From Alphaproteobacteria bacterium (GTDB taxonomy: Bacteria > Pseudomonadota > Alphaproteobacteria > UBA7887), in assembly GCA_965216755.1 (NCBI GenBank), contig CBDCGL010000011.1, forward strand, positions 3,008,001-3,072,000: a stretch of DNA of 64,000 nt, given 5' to 3'. Of this stretch, positions 39,147 to 48,892 are shown piece after piece (within the stretch, counting starts at the first letter, position 1; every line of letters starts with the position of its first letter). The translations under genes were made by a program, and so were the position numbers. Under the pieces are notes generated by a model that made no database searches, had not been told where the DNA came from, and saw only the letters and a list, made by a program, of their open reading frames with translations.

Positions 39147-40184
39147 CTATTTTGTTTGGTCTCCGGCGGTTATGCGCCGCGCGAGATCGAAAAAGCCGCG
39201 CTTGCGGTCCGAACTGATACGCCAATTGACCGGAACGCTTTGGTAGCCGCAGTCGAACGATTCGCCGTCCAACCGGTAATCGAAAAAACCCCAAGAGGCA
39301 AATTCGCTGACCGCCGCCAGGAAATTGTTGTCGGCTTCATCGAACCGGAAATGGTCGTCCTCGTTGAACAGGATCGGCATCGGCCGGTAGCCGGTCACCT
39401 GTCGGGTTTGGCGCACCATGGCGCGGATGGCCGCTGGCTGATCCACGCGATTTCCATGCAAGAGCACAAAGTCGCTGGCGGAGACCACGTTGCTTGTGGG
39501 GATCGTACCGCCGCCATAGCTGGTGCCGGCCAGCAAGCGTGCACCATCCCGTTCATGGCCCCGCACGCGCAAGATCAGTTCATGCACGCGCGCCGGCTTG
39601 AGAATCGGCTGTTCGTAACGGATGTCGCATTCATTGTTGATTTCGAGCAAGACGTGGCGGTAACGCTGCGCCGACAGCCACGCCACGGCATTGTCAACCG
39701 CTTGTACGATAGCGCCCTCGCTGGTGAAAACCCGTTCCTGGCCGAAATAGAACAGACCCAAGATGACGACCATGCCGAGATCGTCGGCGGCATCCAACAG
39801 GCGCGCCAGCCGCGCCAGATAGTCCGCGCGCAAATGGCCGTCCGGCGCGAAGGCCGAATTGGTCCAGGGCTGGGCCTTTGAATAGCCATAGGGACTGCCA
39901 CCTTGCAAATTCAGGGTGAAAGCACGCACGCCGTGGGCGGCCCAGCTCGGCATGGCGTCGATAAACGCGTTGGTGTTGCGGTCGGGATCCCAAATCCCCG
40001 TATCTGGATAGGCCCAAAGATGTCGGGTCGCCGGGTTGAGATCGTCAAATATCCCTTGAACCATGCGGGCGTTGAGCAACAACCCCTCAATCGGTCGACC
40101 CTGCCACGTAACGCCTGCGTATGTCGGTTGGCTGTTGACAAAAAAGCGCGCGCCGCGGATTTCCACGTGGGTTTTTCGGGTCAT
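39147..40184 (-). CDS. Uncharacterised protein, probable clan GH-A-like TIM-barrel hydrolase
   Basis: FTLNLQGG, D.LGMVVILGLFYF, EINNE and ILFNED resemble an acid/base and nucleophile Glu pair. Confidence 0.6.
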   Translation of the reverse strand: MTRKTHVEIRGARFFVNSQPTYAGVTWQGRPIEGLLLNARMVQGIFDDLNPATRHLWAYPDTGIWDPDRNTNAFIDAMPSWAAHGVRAFTLNLQGGSPYGYSKAQPWTNSAFAPDGHLRADYLARLARLLDAADDLGMVVILGLFYFGQERVFTSEGAIVQAVDNAVAWLSAQRYRHVLLEINNECDIRYEQPILKPARVHELILRVRGHERDGARLLAGTSYGGGTIPTSNVVSASDFVLLHGNRVDQPAAIRAMVRQTRQVTGYRPMPILFNEDDHFRFDEADNNFLAAVSEFASWGFFDYRLDGESFDCGYQSVPVNWRISSDRKRGFFDLARRITAGDQTK

Positions 40185-40559
40185 GTCTGCGGCCTCCCGC
40201 TTACGCCGGTGCGTCGATATCACGCGTCGATTTCGGATCTTTGAGGTTTCATTGAAGATTCGCCCCAGTAACATAATCGTCTCAATGGTTTGCTAGAAGT
40301 TCTCCGTCATCGGTTGAGTCGAAATCGTGATCGTGCCAGCGACGACATTTGGTTACGCCTTGGCGCCGCTTAACCGTACACGCCGCGCCGCATAGAACGC
40401 CGTCGACACGCTAACAGCGTCGGCGGCGTCGCTCTCGCGGCACCCGGTGTGGCGTCGCGGGGGCCAGCCTTGCATCCGTGGCAGTTGTGCAAATCCTTCG
40501 AAAGCAGGCATTATCCGTGCCCCTGGGGCAGCGGACCATGATTGGTGCGGAGATCCAAT

Positions 40560-42485
40560 ATGACAATTGAAACTGAATGGCGCAGCTATGACGTGATCGT
40601 GGTCGGCTCCGGCGGCGCGGGCAGCGCCGCGGCCCATGCGGCGGCCGAGACCGGGGCCAAGGTGTTGGTCGTCGCCAAAGACCCGGTCGGTTGTTCCGAC
40701 ACCAAGATTGCCGAGGGTATTGTGACTGTGCGGGCCAGCGCGGAGGCCGACGATAGCGAAGACGCGCTTGCCGAGAATCTCCGTATCGCCGGCGGCGATC
40801 TACCGACGCCCGAAATCGCTGCTGCGTTTGCGCAAGATACCCAAGACGCCTACGACTGGATGCGGCGCCACGGCGTGCGCCCGGATGTCGATGATCGGAC
40901 GCATAAGCCGAAGGTGCTGCCGATTGCGCTTGGTGGTCACACCCACCGGCGCTCCGTTAGCCATCAAAACGGCGGCTTGGCGGTGGGCCATGCGGCGTGG
41001 AATGCGGTCGTCCAGGGCAAACGGATCGATTATTTGGAGGACGCATGGTTTCTCGATGTGATCACCGCGCCGGTGGGTGATCGCGGGGATGTGCGTGGCG
41101 GCATCGTCTACGACGCGGCGCGCGGTGTTTTTGTCGCGGTTCGGGCGCCGGCGGTGGTCATCGCCGCCGGTGGCTTGGGCACGATGTACTTCCCGAAAAC
41201 CGACACCATGCGCGGCAATACCGGCGATTCCTATGCCATTGCCGTGCGCGCCGGGGCCGATTTGGTTGATATGGAGCAGGTGCAGTTTTTGCCCTTTTGC
41301 ATGACCCATCCGCCGGCATATGAGGGATTATGCGCCGGCGAGCCCGTGACCGCCGGGTTTCTGGGTGTGCTGCGCGACAAAGACGGCAACGTGATACTGG
41401 ATAGCGTCATGTTGCGCACACGCGCCGAATGTTCCGCCGCGATTGTGCGCGCGGTCGCCGACGGGCGTGGCACGGAACGCGGCGGCTGCTATTTGGATTT
41501 GACCGGCAACGTCAAACTGCCGCGATCCGGCCGCTACTACGACCGATTTTTGCATACGTCATTAACCGGTATTATGGCCACGGTGCGCCAAGCCTGGGGG
41601 CGGAAGGCGGTCCGCTGCGAGGAAATGTGGGAAGTGCGACCGGGCGCCCACTACGCCATGGGCGGTGTGCGCGTAGATGCCGATGGGCGCGCCGCGCGTG
41701 ACGAAGGCGCGCGCGCCGTTGACGGCTTGTACGCGGCAGGTCAAGCCATGGGCGGCGTTTTCGGCGCCAATCGCTTGGGCTCGACATCGCTTTCGGAAGG
41801 GCCAATTTTTGGCGCGCGGGCGGGGCGCGCGGCGGCAGCGCGGGCACGGCAAACGCGCGCGGCTGCCGATGACGCGCCATTCGAAGCCAACCTGGCCAGC
41901 TATCGGTCGGTTCTTGGACGAACAGCCGACGCGGCCCCGGCACAGTTGGTCAAGCAGCTGCAGTCCGCCTGCTGGGAGGGCATAGGTCCGGCGCGAACCA
42001 AGGACGGCCTGGAGCGGTTTGTCGCGGCATTGGCCGACCTTCGCCAACGCGCCGATACCGCTGCTGTGTCCTCAGATGCGTTGTGGAACCAATCGTTTAT
42101 CGATTGGGTCGAACTGCGCAATATGCTCGACACCGCCGAAGCAGTGGCGCGTGCGGCCTATTCGCGCACGGCGTCGCTCGGCGCCCATATTCGGCTCGAC
42201 AGCCAGAAGACATCGACGGCCCTGGGCCACCCCTATTCCGTGATCGTGCGTCAGGGACCGAGCGATGCGATGATTGTGGCCCACGCGGCGCGCCAAAAGA
42301 CGCCATGGCAACGGCTGCTTCCCTATGTAATGGCGGATCGCAAACGCAAGGTCGTGCTGAAGGTCTTGCGTCTTTTGCCCGCAGCCTGGCAGGACCGTAT
42401 CTTGGAAAAACGCTATCGCAGCGTGATGGGGGAGATCAAACCGGCGCGGGCCGGTGATACGGTCGCTGACGGCGCCAATGCATGA
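40560..42485 (+). CDS. SdhA/FrdA-family flavoprotein (atypical)
   Basis: VVGSGGAG, GGHTHRR, A.GG.G, TGD, DMEQVQF.P, HYAMGG, GANRLGS.SL. Confidence 0.9.
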   Translation: MTIETEWRSYDVIVVGSGGAGSAAAHAAAETGAKVLVVAKDPVGCSDTKIAEGIVTVRASAEADDSEDALAENLRIAGGDLPTPEIAAAFAQDTQDAYDWMRRHGVRPDVDDRTHKPKVLPIALGGHTHRRSVSHQNGGLAVGHAAWNAVVQGKRIDYLEDAWFLDVITAPVGDRGDVRGGIVYDAARGVFVAVRAPAVVIAAGGLGTMYFPKTDTMRGNTGDSYAIAVRAGADLVDMEQVQFLPFCMTHPPAYEGLCAGEPVTAGFLGVLRDKDGNVILDSVMLRTRAECSAAIVRAVADGRGTERGGCYLDLTGNVKLPRSGRYYDRFLHTSLTGIMATVRQAWGRKAVRCEEMWEVRPGAHYAMGGVRVDADGRAARDEGARAVDGLYAAGQAMGGVFGANRLGSTSLSEGPIFGARAGRAAAARARQTRAAADDAPFEANLASYRSVLGRTADAAPAQLVKQLQSACWEGIGPARTKDGLERFVAALADLRQRADTAAVSSDALWNQSFIDWVELRNMLDTAEAVARAAYSRTASLGAHIRLDSQKTSTALGHPYSVIVRQGPSDAMIVAHAARQKTPWQRLLPYVMADRKRKVVLKVLRLLPAAWQDRILEKRYRSVMGEIKPARAGDTVADGANA

Positions 42486-43180
42486 AAGTTGAGCTGATCA
42501 GAGTGCGTGACGGCCAGGCACAAGCCGTCGCCTATGACTATCGACCACGTGTCGACGGCGAACGACCGATGGCCTTGGACGTGCTGTTACAGGCCCAAGC
42601 GACCACTTTCCCAGATCTCGCCTATCGCTATGGCTGCCGCAACCGCACATGTGGCATCTGCACGATCGATATCAATGGTCGGCCGCGGATCGCCTGCCGC
42701 GCACGGGTTCGCGAAGGTGATCGATTGAGTGCGCCGGCGACCTTGCCGGTGCTGCGCGACATGGTGTCGCGGCGCGATGGTATTGCGCGCCAGCTGCGTG
42801 GCCGTTTGCCCGATGGTGTGCGTGGCAACGATTTGAACACGGCGGCGCCGGCCGACTATCATGCCTTGACCGCCTGCATCGAGTGCTATGCATGCCTGGA
42901 CAATTGTCCCATGCATGCGCGTAATTTCGACAATGGCGCGGAACAACGCGACGCGGCCGATGCCTATCGGTGGGGCAATCCGTTTTCATTGCTCAAACTG
43001 CAACGCCTGCGTTTGGATCCGGTCGCGACGCCGGCCGAGAAAGCGGCGGCGTTGGAAGCGGCGGTTGATTTGGGCCTTTCGGTCTGTCGCGACTGCCCGG
43101 GTTGCAAATGCGGCGTCGGTATCGACTTGAAACGCAAAGTGATTAAGCCATTGGTCGACACGGCCTTTGCCGACGTTTGA
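42482..43180 (+). CDS. SdhB/FrdB-family iron-sulfur protein (atypical)
   Basis: CRNRTCGIC...ING...AC [2Fe-2S], CIECYACLDNCP, CRDCPGCKC; ATGA overlap with the flavoprotein stop. Confidence 0.88.
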   Translation: MKVELIRVRDGQAQAVAYDYRPRVDGERPMALDVLLQAQATTFPDLAYRYGCRNRTCGICTIDINGRPRIACRARVREGDRLSAPATLPVLRDMVSRRDGIARQLRGRLPDGVRGNDLNTAAPADYHALTACIECYACLDNCPMHARNFDNGAEQRDAADAYRWGNPFSLLKLQRLRLDPVATPAEKAAALEAAVDLGLSVCRDCPGCKCGVGIDLKRKVIKPLVDTAFADV

Positions 43181-43306
43181 TTGCGAAATTGCGCTCTATT
43201 CGGCGGCCGCGCCTTTTTGATGCCGCCAGGGGCCCGTATAACCGGCCGACCAATCGGGGGGTATTTCGCACGGCCGCGGGTCGTGATGGGTGACGCGCCT
43301 GGCTTA

Positions 43307-43405
43307 GGTATTTCGGTGACAGTTTACTAAATACACAATATATTGCGTATTATATGATATCTGATGCCTTACTTTGTGTATTTAGTAAACTGTCACCGAA
43401 ATACC
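43307..43405. repeat. GGTGACAG-arm palindromic element, copy 2
   Basis: Perfect 32-bp inverted repeat GGTATTTCGGTGACAGTTTACTAAATACACAA around a 35-bp AT-rich loop. Confidence 0.95.
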
Positions 43406-43503
43406 AAAATGTGGTCGCTTGCGTTTGTTCGCCGACACACGGTCGATTACACTGGCCGTGATGTGTCATTGACTTGTGAACACTCGGAATCGGCCTGCTC
43501 GTC

Positions 43504-44649
43504 ATGTCCGCGACCGCGTCTACTCAGCACACTATACTTGCCATGCAAGCCTATCTGCGCGATGGCACAGCGCGCGCGCAAAAACTGGCCAATCGCGGAC
43601 CGATCCGTTTTGGCGCGGACGGCGCGCTCGATACAGCGATCACGGACGCCTATTGGCAATACGGCTTTTACATTTTCGAGGGCGTGCTTGGCGCCGACGA
43701 GTTGGCTGATATCGAGGCTGATTTGTTCGACATTCAGGCCCGTTTGCCGAAGAACAAAGGCGCCAAAGTCGATGCCCAGGGGCGGCCCGCGATTGGGGTC
43801 GATTGTCGGGCGCCGACCCTGTTTTGGTCGAAACCATTAGGTGATCCGTTCGGCGGTACCGATCTGGCCAATGGCCGTCATCCGGTGAAAATGCACGAAC
43901 CTGAGGCCGCCGTTGACGCGCCGAGCGACATTGTTTATCTGATCCTGGGCTCGATGCAGTTTTCAGATGCGTGTCTACGGTTTTACGGCCATCCGCAATT
44001 GTTGGCTGTGGCGGCGGCAATCAACGGTGAGGATTTTGTACCGTTTACCGAGGCGCTGTTTATCAAAGAACCTGGTCTGGGCGCGTCCGTAGCGTGGCAC
44101 CAAGACGGCGTCACCCATTGGGAGAGTCCAAGCTGGGACCAAGGCACCCATGGATTCAATTTCATGGGGCAGCTATATGGCTGCGCGGCGGCCAATGGTG
44201 TGTGGGTTGTGCCCGGTTCGCACAAGTGGGGCAAAGTTGATATCGCGGCCATGGTCGCCCAAGCCGGCAGCGAACGGTTACCGGACGCGGTGCCGCTGAT
44301 TTGCGCGCCCGGTGACGTTGCCATGTGCAATCGGCAGGTGCTGCATGGCTCATTTGCCAACAACAGCCCGGATTGGCGGGTCACGGTCAACGCCGGTTTT
44401 CACCGGCGCGCGTCCGTGTTGGGTGTTAAAGGCGGCGGCGTTCACAATGCGCCGGCGGTCTATGACGCGGCGCGTATTGAGGAACGGTCGCGCTGGGTCG
44501 GTTACGCTATCGATGCACGCCATCAACGCTTTCCCGACGAAACGCCTTATGTCTATAAGCCGCACGCCGATGCAGGTGAAACGTTCCACTGGGACGCCGG
44601 CCTCAAAGCGCGGATGAAAGACTATAACTTGCTCGACTTGAGCATCTGA
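43504..44649 (+). CDS. PhyH-family Fe(II)/2OG dioxygenase
   Basis: FIKEPG.GASVAWHQDG, VVPGSH, GDV...R..LHGSF.N. Confidence 0.85.
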   Translation: MSATASTQHTILAMQAYLRDGTARAQKLANRGPIRFGADGALDTAITDAYWQYGFYIFEGVLGADELADIEADLFDIQARLPKNKGAKVDAQGRPAIGVDCRAPTLFWSKPLGDPFGGTDLANGRHPVKMHEPEAAVDAPSDIVYLILGSMQFSDACLRFYGHPQLLAVAAAINGEDFVPFTEALFIKEPGLGASVAWHQDGVTHWESPSWDQGTHGFNFMGQLYGCAAANGVWVVPGSHKWGKVDIAAMVAQAGSERLPDAVPLICAPGDVAMCNRQVLHGSFANNSPDWRVTVNAGFHRRASVLGVKGGGVHNAPAVYDAARIEERSRWVGYAIDARHQRFPDETPYVYKPHADAGETFHWDAGLKARMKDYNLLDLSI

Positions 44650-44675
44650 ACCGCGTGCTGATCGCATAACAAAAG

Positions 44676-45527
44676 TTACGCCGGGCCTTGGGGGAGTGCG
44701 GCGAAGCAACCCTTGACCCAATCGATGACAGCGCGGGTCGGCGGATCATGTTTCAAATGGGATTGCACGAGCAACCACACGCCGCGCGGTTGCGGCAATT
44801 TGGTTATGTGAAAGGCATCGTCGTCCAGTAGCCCCGCGCACATGAAGTTGGGCAAAATGCCCGCGCATCGGCGCGACTCAATGAGTTTCTTGGCCACCAG
44901 CAGGTTCTTGGTCATGCATCGCGCATGCTGATGCAGCCCGGCCTGTTTGAGATATTGAGATTCCGGGGTCGCATCAAGGTCTTGCGGATAGGCCCACACC
45001 AGTTCGCCGGTTTGCGGCTTCACTTCCGCCGGTTCGAATAAATACAACGTCAGGTCCGCCAGCTTGGACATGATGAAGTCGCCTTTGTCGGGCTTTTGTA
45101 AGCGCACGGCGATATCCGCTTCCCAGCGCGAAAAGTTGACATTTTGTGTCGACGCCAAGAGCGCTAGGGACAATCCTGGTTGTTCGGCGAGAAATGGTGC
45201 GACGTTTGGTGCCAGAACCTCCGTGGCAATCGAATCGGTGGTGGCGATCCGGCGGTGGCCGATCCACTCCGGATAATCGTCACCGATCTTGGAAATCCGT
45301 TCGGCCTGGTCCTCCATCCTGGCGGTCAGCGCCACCAACTCTGCGCATTGCGCGGTGGGTCGCCGGACACCATCGACGGCCTCAAACAAGGTCAGCCCCA
45401 AATCTTGTTGCAAGCGGCCGAGCCGTCGCGCCACTGTGGTTTCATTCATATGCAAGCGGGCGCCGGCGGCGGCATAGCTGCCGGATTCGAAAACGGCACG
45501 CGCGACCCGCAGATCATCCCAATTCAT
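44676..45527 (-). CDS. LysR-family transcriptional regulator
   Basis: MNWDDLR...GS..AA..L...TTV.RR HTH; EADIAVR. Confidence 0.9.
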   Translation of the reverse strand: MNWDDLRVARAVFESGSYAAAGARLHMNETTVARRLGRLQQDLGLTLFEAVDGVRRPTAQCAELVALTARMEDQAERISKIGDDYPEWIGHRRIATTDSIATEVLAPNVAPFLAEQPGLSLALLASTQNVNFSRWEADIAVRLQKPDKGDFIMSKLADLTLYLFEPAEVKPQTGELVWAYPQDLDATPESQYLKQAGLHQHARCMTKNLLVAKKLIESRRCAGILPNFMCAGLLDDDAFHITKLPQPRGVWLLVQSHLKHDPPTRAVIDWVKGCFAALPQGPA

Positions 45528-45665
45528 CCATCAAGTATCGCCCCATCCTGCAAATTTGCAACCGCCCGTCGCAACAACACTGCGTGTGTGTCGTGTCTGG
45601 GTCGGCTAGGACTGTGGCCACATCACGCTCACCACGTTGCCAACTGACAATCACGGGAGTTAACG

Positions 45666-46181
45666 ATGGTTGGAAAATTCATTTGTGGATCCGTCATTAG
45701 CGGGCTATGTGTATTTGGCGCGCCTGTTTTGGCTGATGACGGCAGTGCCACGCCGGAAGGCGTGGTCGCCAAGGTCCAAGAAGCCGCGGCACTTTTGGCC
45801 ACGCAAGGCGCATCGGCCCTTGATGTGCTGCGTGATCCAACATCCGCCTTTACCTGGAAGGACACGTACATATTCGTCGTCGACTGCGCGGCCGACCGGG
45901 TTTTGTCCAACCCGGCATTTCCGGAACGTCAGGGCCGTGATATCAAGCAACATGTCGACTATAATGGCAAGCAATACGGCCAGGAACTGTGCGACACGGC
46001 GCAACAACCGGGTGGCGGCTGGGTCGAATATGTTTGGCTGAAGCCAGGCGGTGACACGCCGCTGCGCAAAATCAGTTTCGTCATGTCTGTCGATGGTCAG
46101 CCCTATCAATTGGGCGCGGGCATTTACAATCAGACCATCTCACTCAATGACGTTGCCGCACTTACCGATAGCCATCAATAA
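45666..46181 (+). CDS. Stand-alone single Cache domain exported protein
   Basis: WKDTYIFV, D.NGK, GGWVEYVW.KPG, RKISF, GAGIY; divergent from LysR. Confidence 0.85.
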   Translation: MVGKFICGSVISGLCVFGAPVLADDGSATPEGVVAKVQEAAALLATQGASALDVLRDPTSAFTWKDTYIFVVDCAADRVLSNPAFPERQGRDIKQHVDYNGKQYGQELCDTAQQPGGGWVEYVWLKPGGDTPLRKISFVMSVDGQPYQLGAGIYNQTISLNDVAALTDSHQ

Positions 46182-46233
46182 TTTCGCCGTGACGCGACGC
46201 TGTCACGCCATGGCCTGATCGCGAGTCAAACCG

Positions 46234-47055
46234 ATGACCATTCTCAACGTGCCCACATGGCGCAAAGCCGCCGACACCTATGACGCCGCCGCCGACCATT
46301 TCGATGACGCCCCTTTGGCATTCTGGGATCGACATGGGCGGCGCGCGGTCGAAGGGATGGGTTTGTGCGCCGGCGATCGTGTGTTGGACGTCGGCTGCGG
46401 CACAGGCGCGTCGGCCTTGCCGGCGGCGCTGGCGGTTGGGCCGCACGGGCACGTCACGGGGGTGGACGTTGCCGCGAACATGCTGGCGCGCGCACGCAAG
46501 CGCGCGCGTGCCGGCGGCTTTGAGAACGTGACGTTCGTCCAAGCCGACATGGGGGCGACCGGGTTTGCAGACGCCAGCTTTGACGCCACCATCAGCGTGT
46601 TTTCGATCTTTTTTGTCGCCGATATGGCCGCGCAGGTTGCCGAGCTGTGGCGCCTGCTGCGGCCCGGCGGGGCCCTGGCCGTAACGGTGTGGGGGCCACA
46701 TGCGTTCGCGCCCGGTGCCGCGATTTTTGACGAAGAGCTGCGCTGCTTGCGGCCGGACCTAGCGTCAACCGCGCCGGCTCCTTGGCAGCTCTTGACAACG
46801 ACCGATAGGCTGCGGGCGCTACTTCGCGATGGTGGCGTGTCCGCCGCGGAGATGTGGCCGGCGCCCGACGATCAACCGCTCGCGTATCCGGCGGCGTTCT
46901 GGACCATCGCCATGGGGTCGGGTTTTCGTTGGCAAATCGAGCAGCTGACATCGGCGGAGCGTTCGCAGCTTCGCGAACGCGTGGTTGGCCGGCTGAGCGC
47001 GCGCGGTGTCAGGGCCATAGACACCAGCGCCATTCACGCCATCGCACGAAAGTGA
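46234..47055 (+). CDS. Class I SAM-dependent methyltransferase
   Basis: VLDVGCGTG, GVD, FD, RLLRPGG. Confidence 0.9.
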   Translation: MTILNVPTWRKAADTYDAAADHFDDAPLAFWDRHGRRAVEGMGLCAGDRVLDVGCGTGASALPAALAVGPHGHVTGVDVAANMLARARKRARAGGFENVTFVQADMGATGFADASFDATISVFSIFFVADMAAQVAELWRLLRPGGALAVTVWGPHAFAPGAAIFDEELRCLRPDLASTAPAPWQLLTTTDRLRALLRDGGVSAAEMWPAPDDQPLAYPAAFWTIAMGSGFRWQIEQLTSAERSQLRERVVGRLSARGVRAIDTSAIHAIARK

Positions 47056-47076
47056 GTTGTGGCGGGATCAAAGATG

Positions 47077-47214
47077 GGTGTTACGGTGGTTACGGTGACA
47101 GTTTACTAAATATACCATATGTTGTGACTCACTGCTAAAGCCTACAACATACGGTATATTTAGTAAACTGTCACCGTAACTAGTAAACTGTCACCGTAAC
47201 CACCGTAACACACC
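47077..47214. repeat. GGTGACAG-arm palindromic element, copy 3, with a 20-bp tandem duplication of the right arm
   Basis: GGTTACGGTGACAGTTTACTAAATATACCATATGTTGT ... ACAACATACGGTATATT(TAGTAAACTGTCACCGTAAC)x2 CACCGTAACAC. Confidence 0.95.
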
Positions 47215-47352
47215 GTAGTCGGGCCGGTCGTCAGGCAGCATGTGCCCTTTGCGGGCTGGAATAGTGCGGTACAAAGCGATACCAAGATAGAGACCGCACG
47301 AGTCGGCGATGCCCGATAAGACCGCGTCAAACGGTCCACATGAGACACTAAC

Positions 47353-48840
47353 TCATAGCATAGAATTCAGTATGTAAAATATGCTTGCCGATAACACGGC
47401 TGTGGCCGGCACGGTGATCACCCAAGCCGCGACAATGGTCAAGAAATGCGCGCGGCGCACAAGCTTGCGGTGGCGTATGACCTCCTTACCCGGCAGTTTT
47501 TCGCCGTTGTCGGCGGCAAAGCCGCGGCGCGCGATCATTTCGCGGCGCCGCCGGCTGCGTTTGGTGTACTGTTCGCGGAAAAAGCCCACGCCGAAAACCG
47601 CCCCGACAGCGATATGTGTCGAGCTTACCGGTAGCCCGAGCCACGAGGCGATAATCACCGTGATCGCCGCGGATAAGGCGACACAATACGCCCGCATCGG
47701 GTTCATTTTTGTGATTTTGACGCCGACCATTCGGATTAACTTTGGGCCGTAGAGAAACAGGCCCAGGCTTATGCCGAACGCACCGATCAACATAATCCAG
47801 TTCGGAATGGCGACTTTGGCGGCAACTTCGCCAAACTGTGCGCTATGTAGAATCGCGGCCAACGGCCCGATCGCATTGGCCACATCATTGGCGCCATGAG
47901 CAAAAGACAGAAGGGCGGCCGAACAGATCAGCGGAATGTGAAACAACCGGCGCAGCGACTGGTTGCGGTTTTCCATGCCGTCGGACTGGGAACGGATCAG
48001 TGGATGCACGGAGACCCATGCAAAAACGAAGGTCGTGACGGTGATGATGGCAACCATCGCGGAGCCAGGCTGCCAGATTCGTTTGAGCCCCTTGATGGCC
48101 AGATAACAAGCAAACGCGGCCGCCATTATCGCGATCAGCAAGGGGATCCAACGCCGCGCCGCCGCGATCTTATCGTCTTGATAGATTAGATTGATTTTGA
48201 TGAAAGCGAGAAACGCGGCCGCGATCAGGCCACCCAGCAGGGGGGAAATGACCCAGCTTGCCGCAATCGCGCCCATGGTCGTCCAATTGACCAACTGAAA
48301 GCCGACCGCGGCGATGCCCGACCCCATGACACCACCGACCACCGCGTGGGTCGTCGAAACCGGGGCGCCAAGATACGTCGCCAAATTGACCCAAAGTGCC
48401 GACGAGATCAAGGCCGCCATCATCGCCCAAACGAATGTGTCGTTATCGCCAACTTGCGCGGGATCGATGATGCCTTTCGAAATGGTGGACACAACGTCGC
48501 CGCCGGCCAGCATGGCGCCGGCGCTTTCAAATATAACCGCGATGATCAGCGCGCCGACCATCGTCAGCGCTCGTGCGCCAACCGCCGGACCAACATTGTT
48601 GGCGACGTCATTTGCGCCGATATTGAGCGCCATATAGCCGCCCAAGATAGCCGCCACGACAACGATCGCGGCGTCGGACGCGACACCGGCGTAAATCCCT
48701 GCGACGACAGCGGAAAGGCCCAGAAAGATCAGTGCCAGGCCGTGCGAGAAGAACTCTTGTGACAGACGGCGGGTGGCCGCCTCGACATGGACCAGTTTTT
48801 CGAGATCCTTGTCGAGCGATCGTTTTGTCACGCCGACCAT
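47353..48840 (-). CDS. pit: Inorganic phosphate transporter, PiT family
   Basis: Two GANDVAN motifs, PVSTTH and PVSSTH. Confidence 0.92.
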   Translation of the reverse strand: MVGVTKRSLDKDLEKLVHVEAATRRLSQEFFSHGLALIFLGLSAVVAGIYAGVASDAAIVVVAAILGGYMALNIGANDVANNVGPAVGARALTMVGALIIAVIFESAGAMLAGGDVVSTISKGIIDPAQVGDNDTFVWAMMAALISSALWVNLATYLGAPVSTTHAVVGGVMGSGIAAVGFQLVNWTTMGAIAASWVISPLLGGLIAAAFLAFIKINLIYQDDKIAAARRWIPLLIAIMAAAFACYLAIKGLKRIWQPGSAMVAIITVTTFVFAWVSVHPLIRSQSDGMENRNQSLRRLFHIPLICSAALLSFAHGANDVANAIGPLAAILHSAQFGEVAAKVAIPNWIMLIGAFGISLGLFLYGPKLIRMVGVKITKMNPMRAYCVALSAAITVIIASWLGLPVSSTHIAVGAVFGVGFFREQYTKRSRRRREMIARRGFAADNGEKLPGKEVIRHRKLVRRAHFLTIVAAWVITVPATAVLSASIFYILNSML

Positions 48841-48892
48841 GGTCGCTCCCCTGAACGCTTTACGGTTTGATTCCGGGCCCTCATTTCGACCG

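Noticed and set aside
35667-43405. Palindromes as integron attC sites
   Set aside because: No RYYYAAC...GTTRRRY core boxes at the ends, adjacent genes are not a same-strand cassette array, and no IntI is present.
47077-47214. Possible CRISPR mini-array (repeated TAGTAAACTGTCACCGTAAC)
   Set aside because: The direct copies abut with no spacer, the other copy is inverted, and there are no cas genes.
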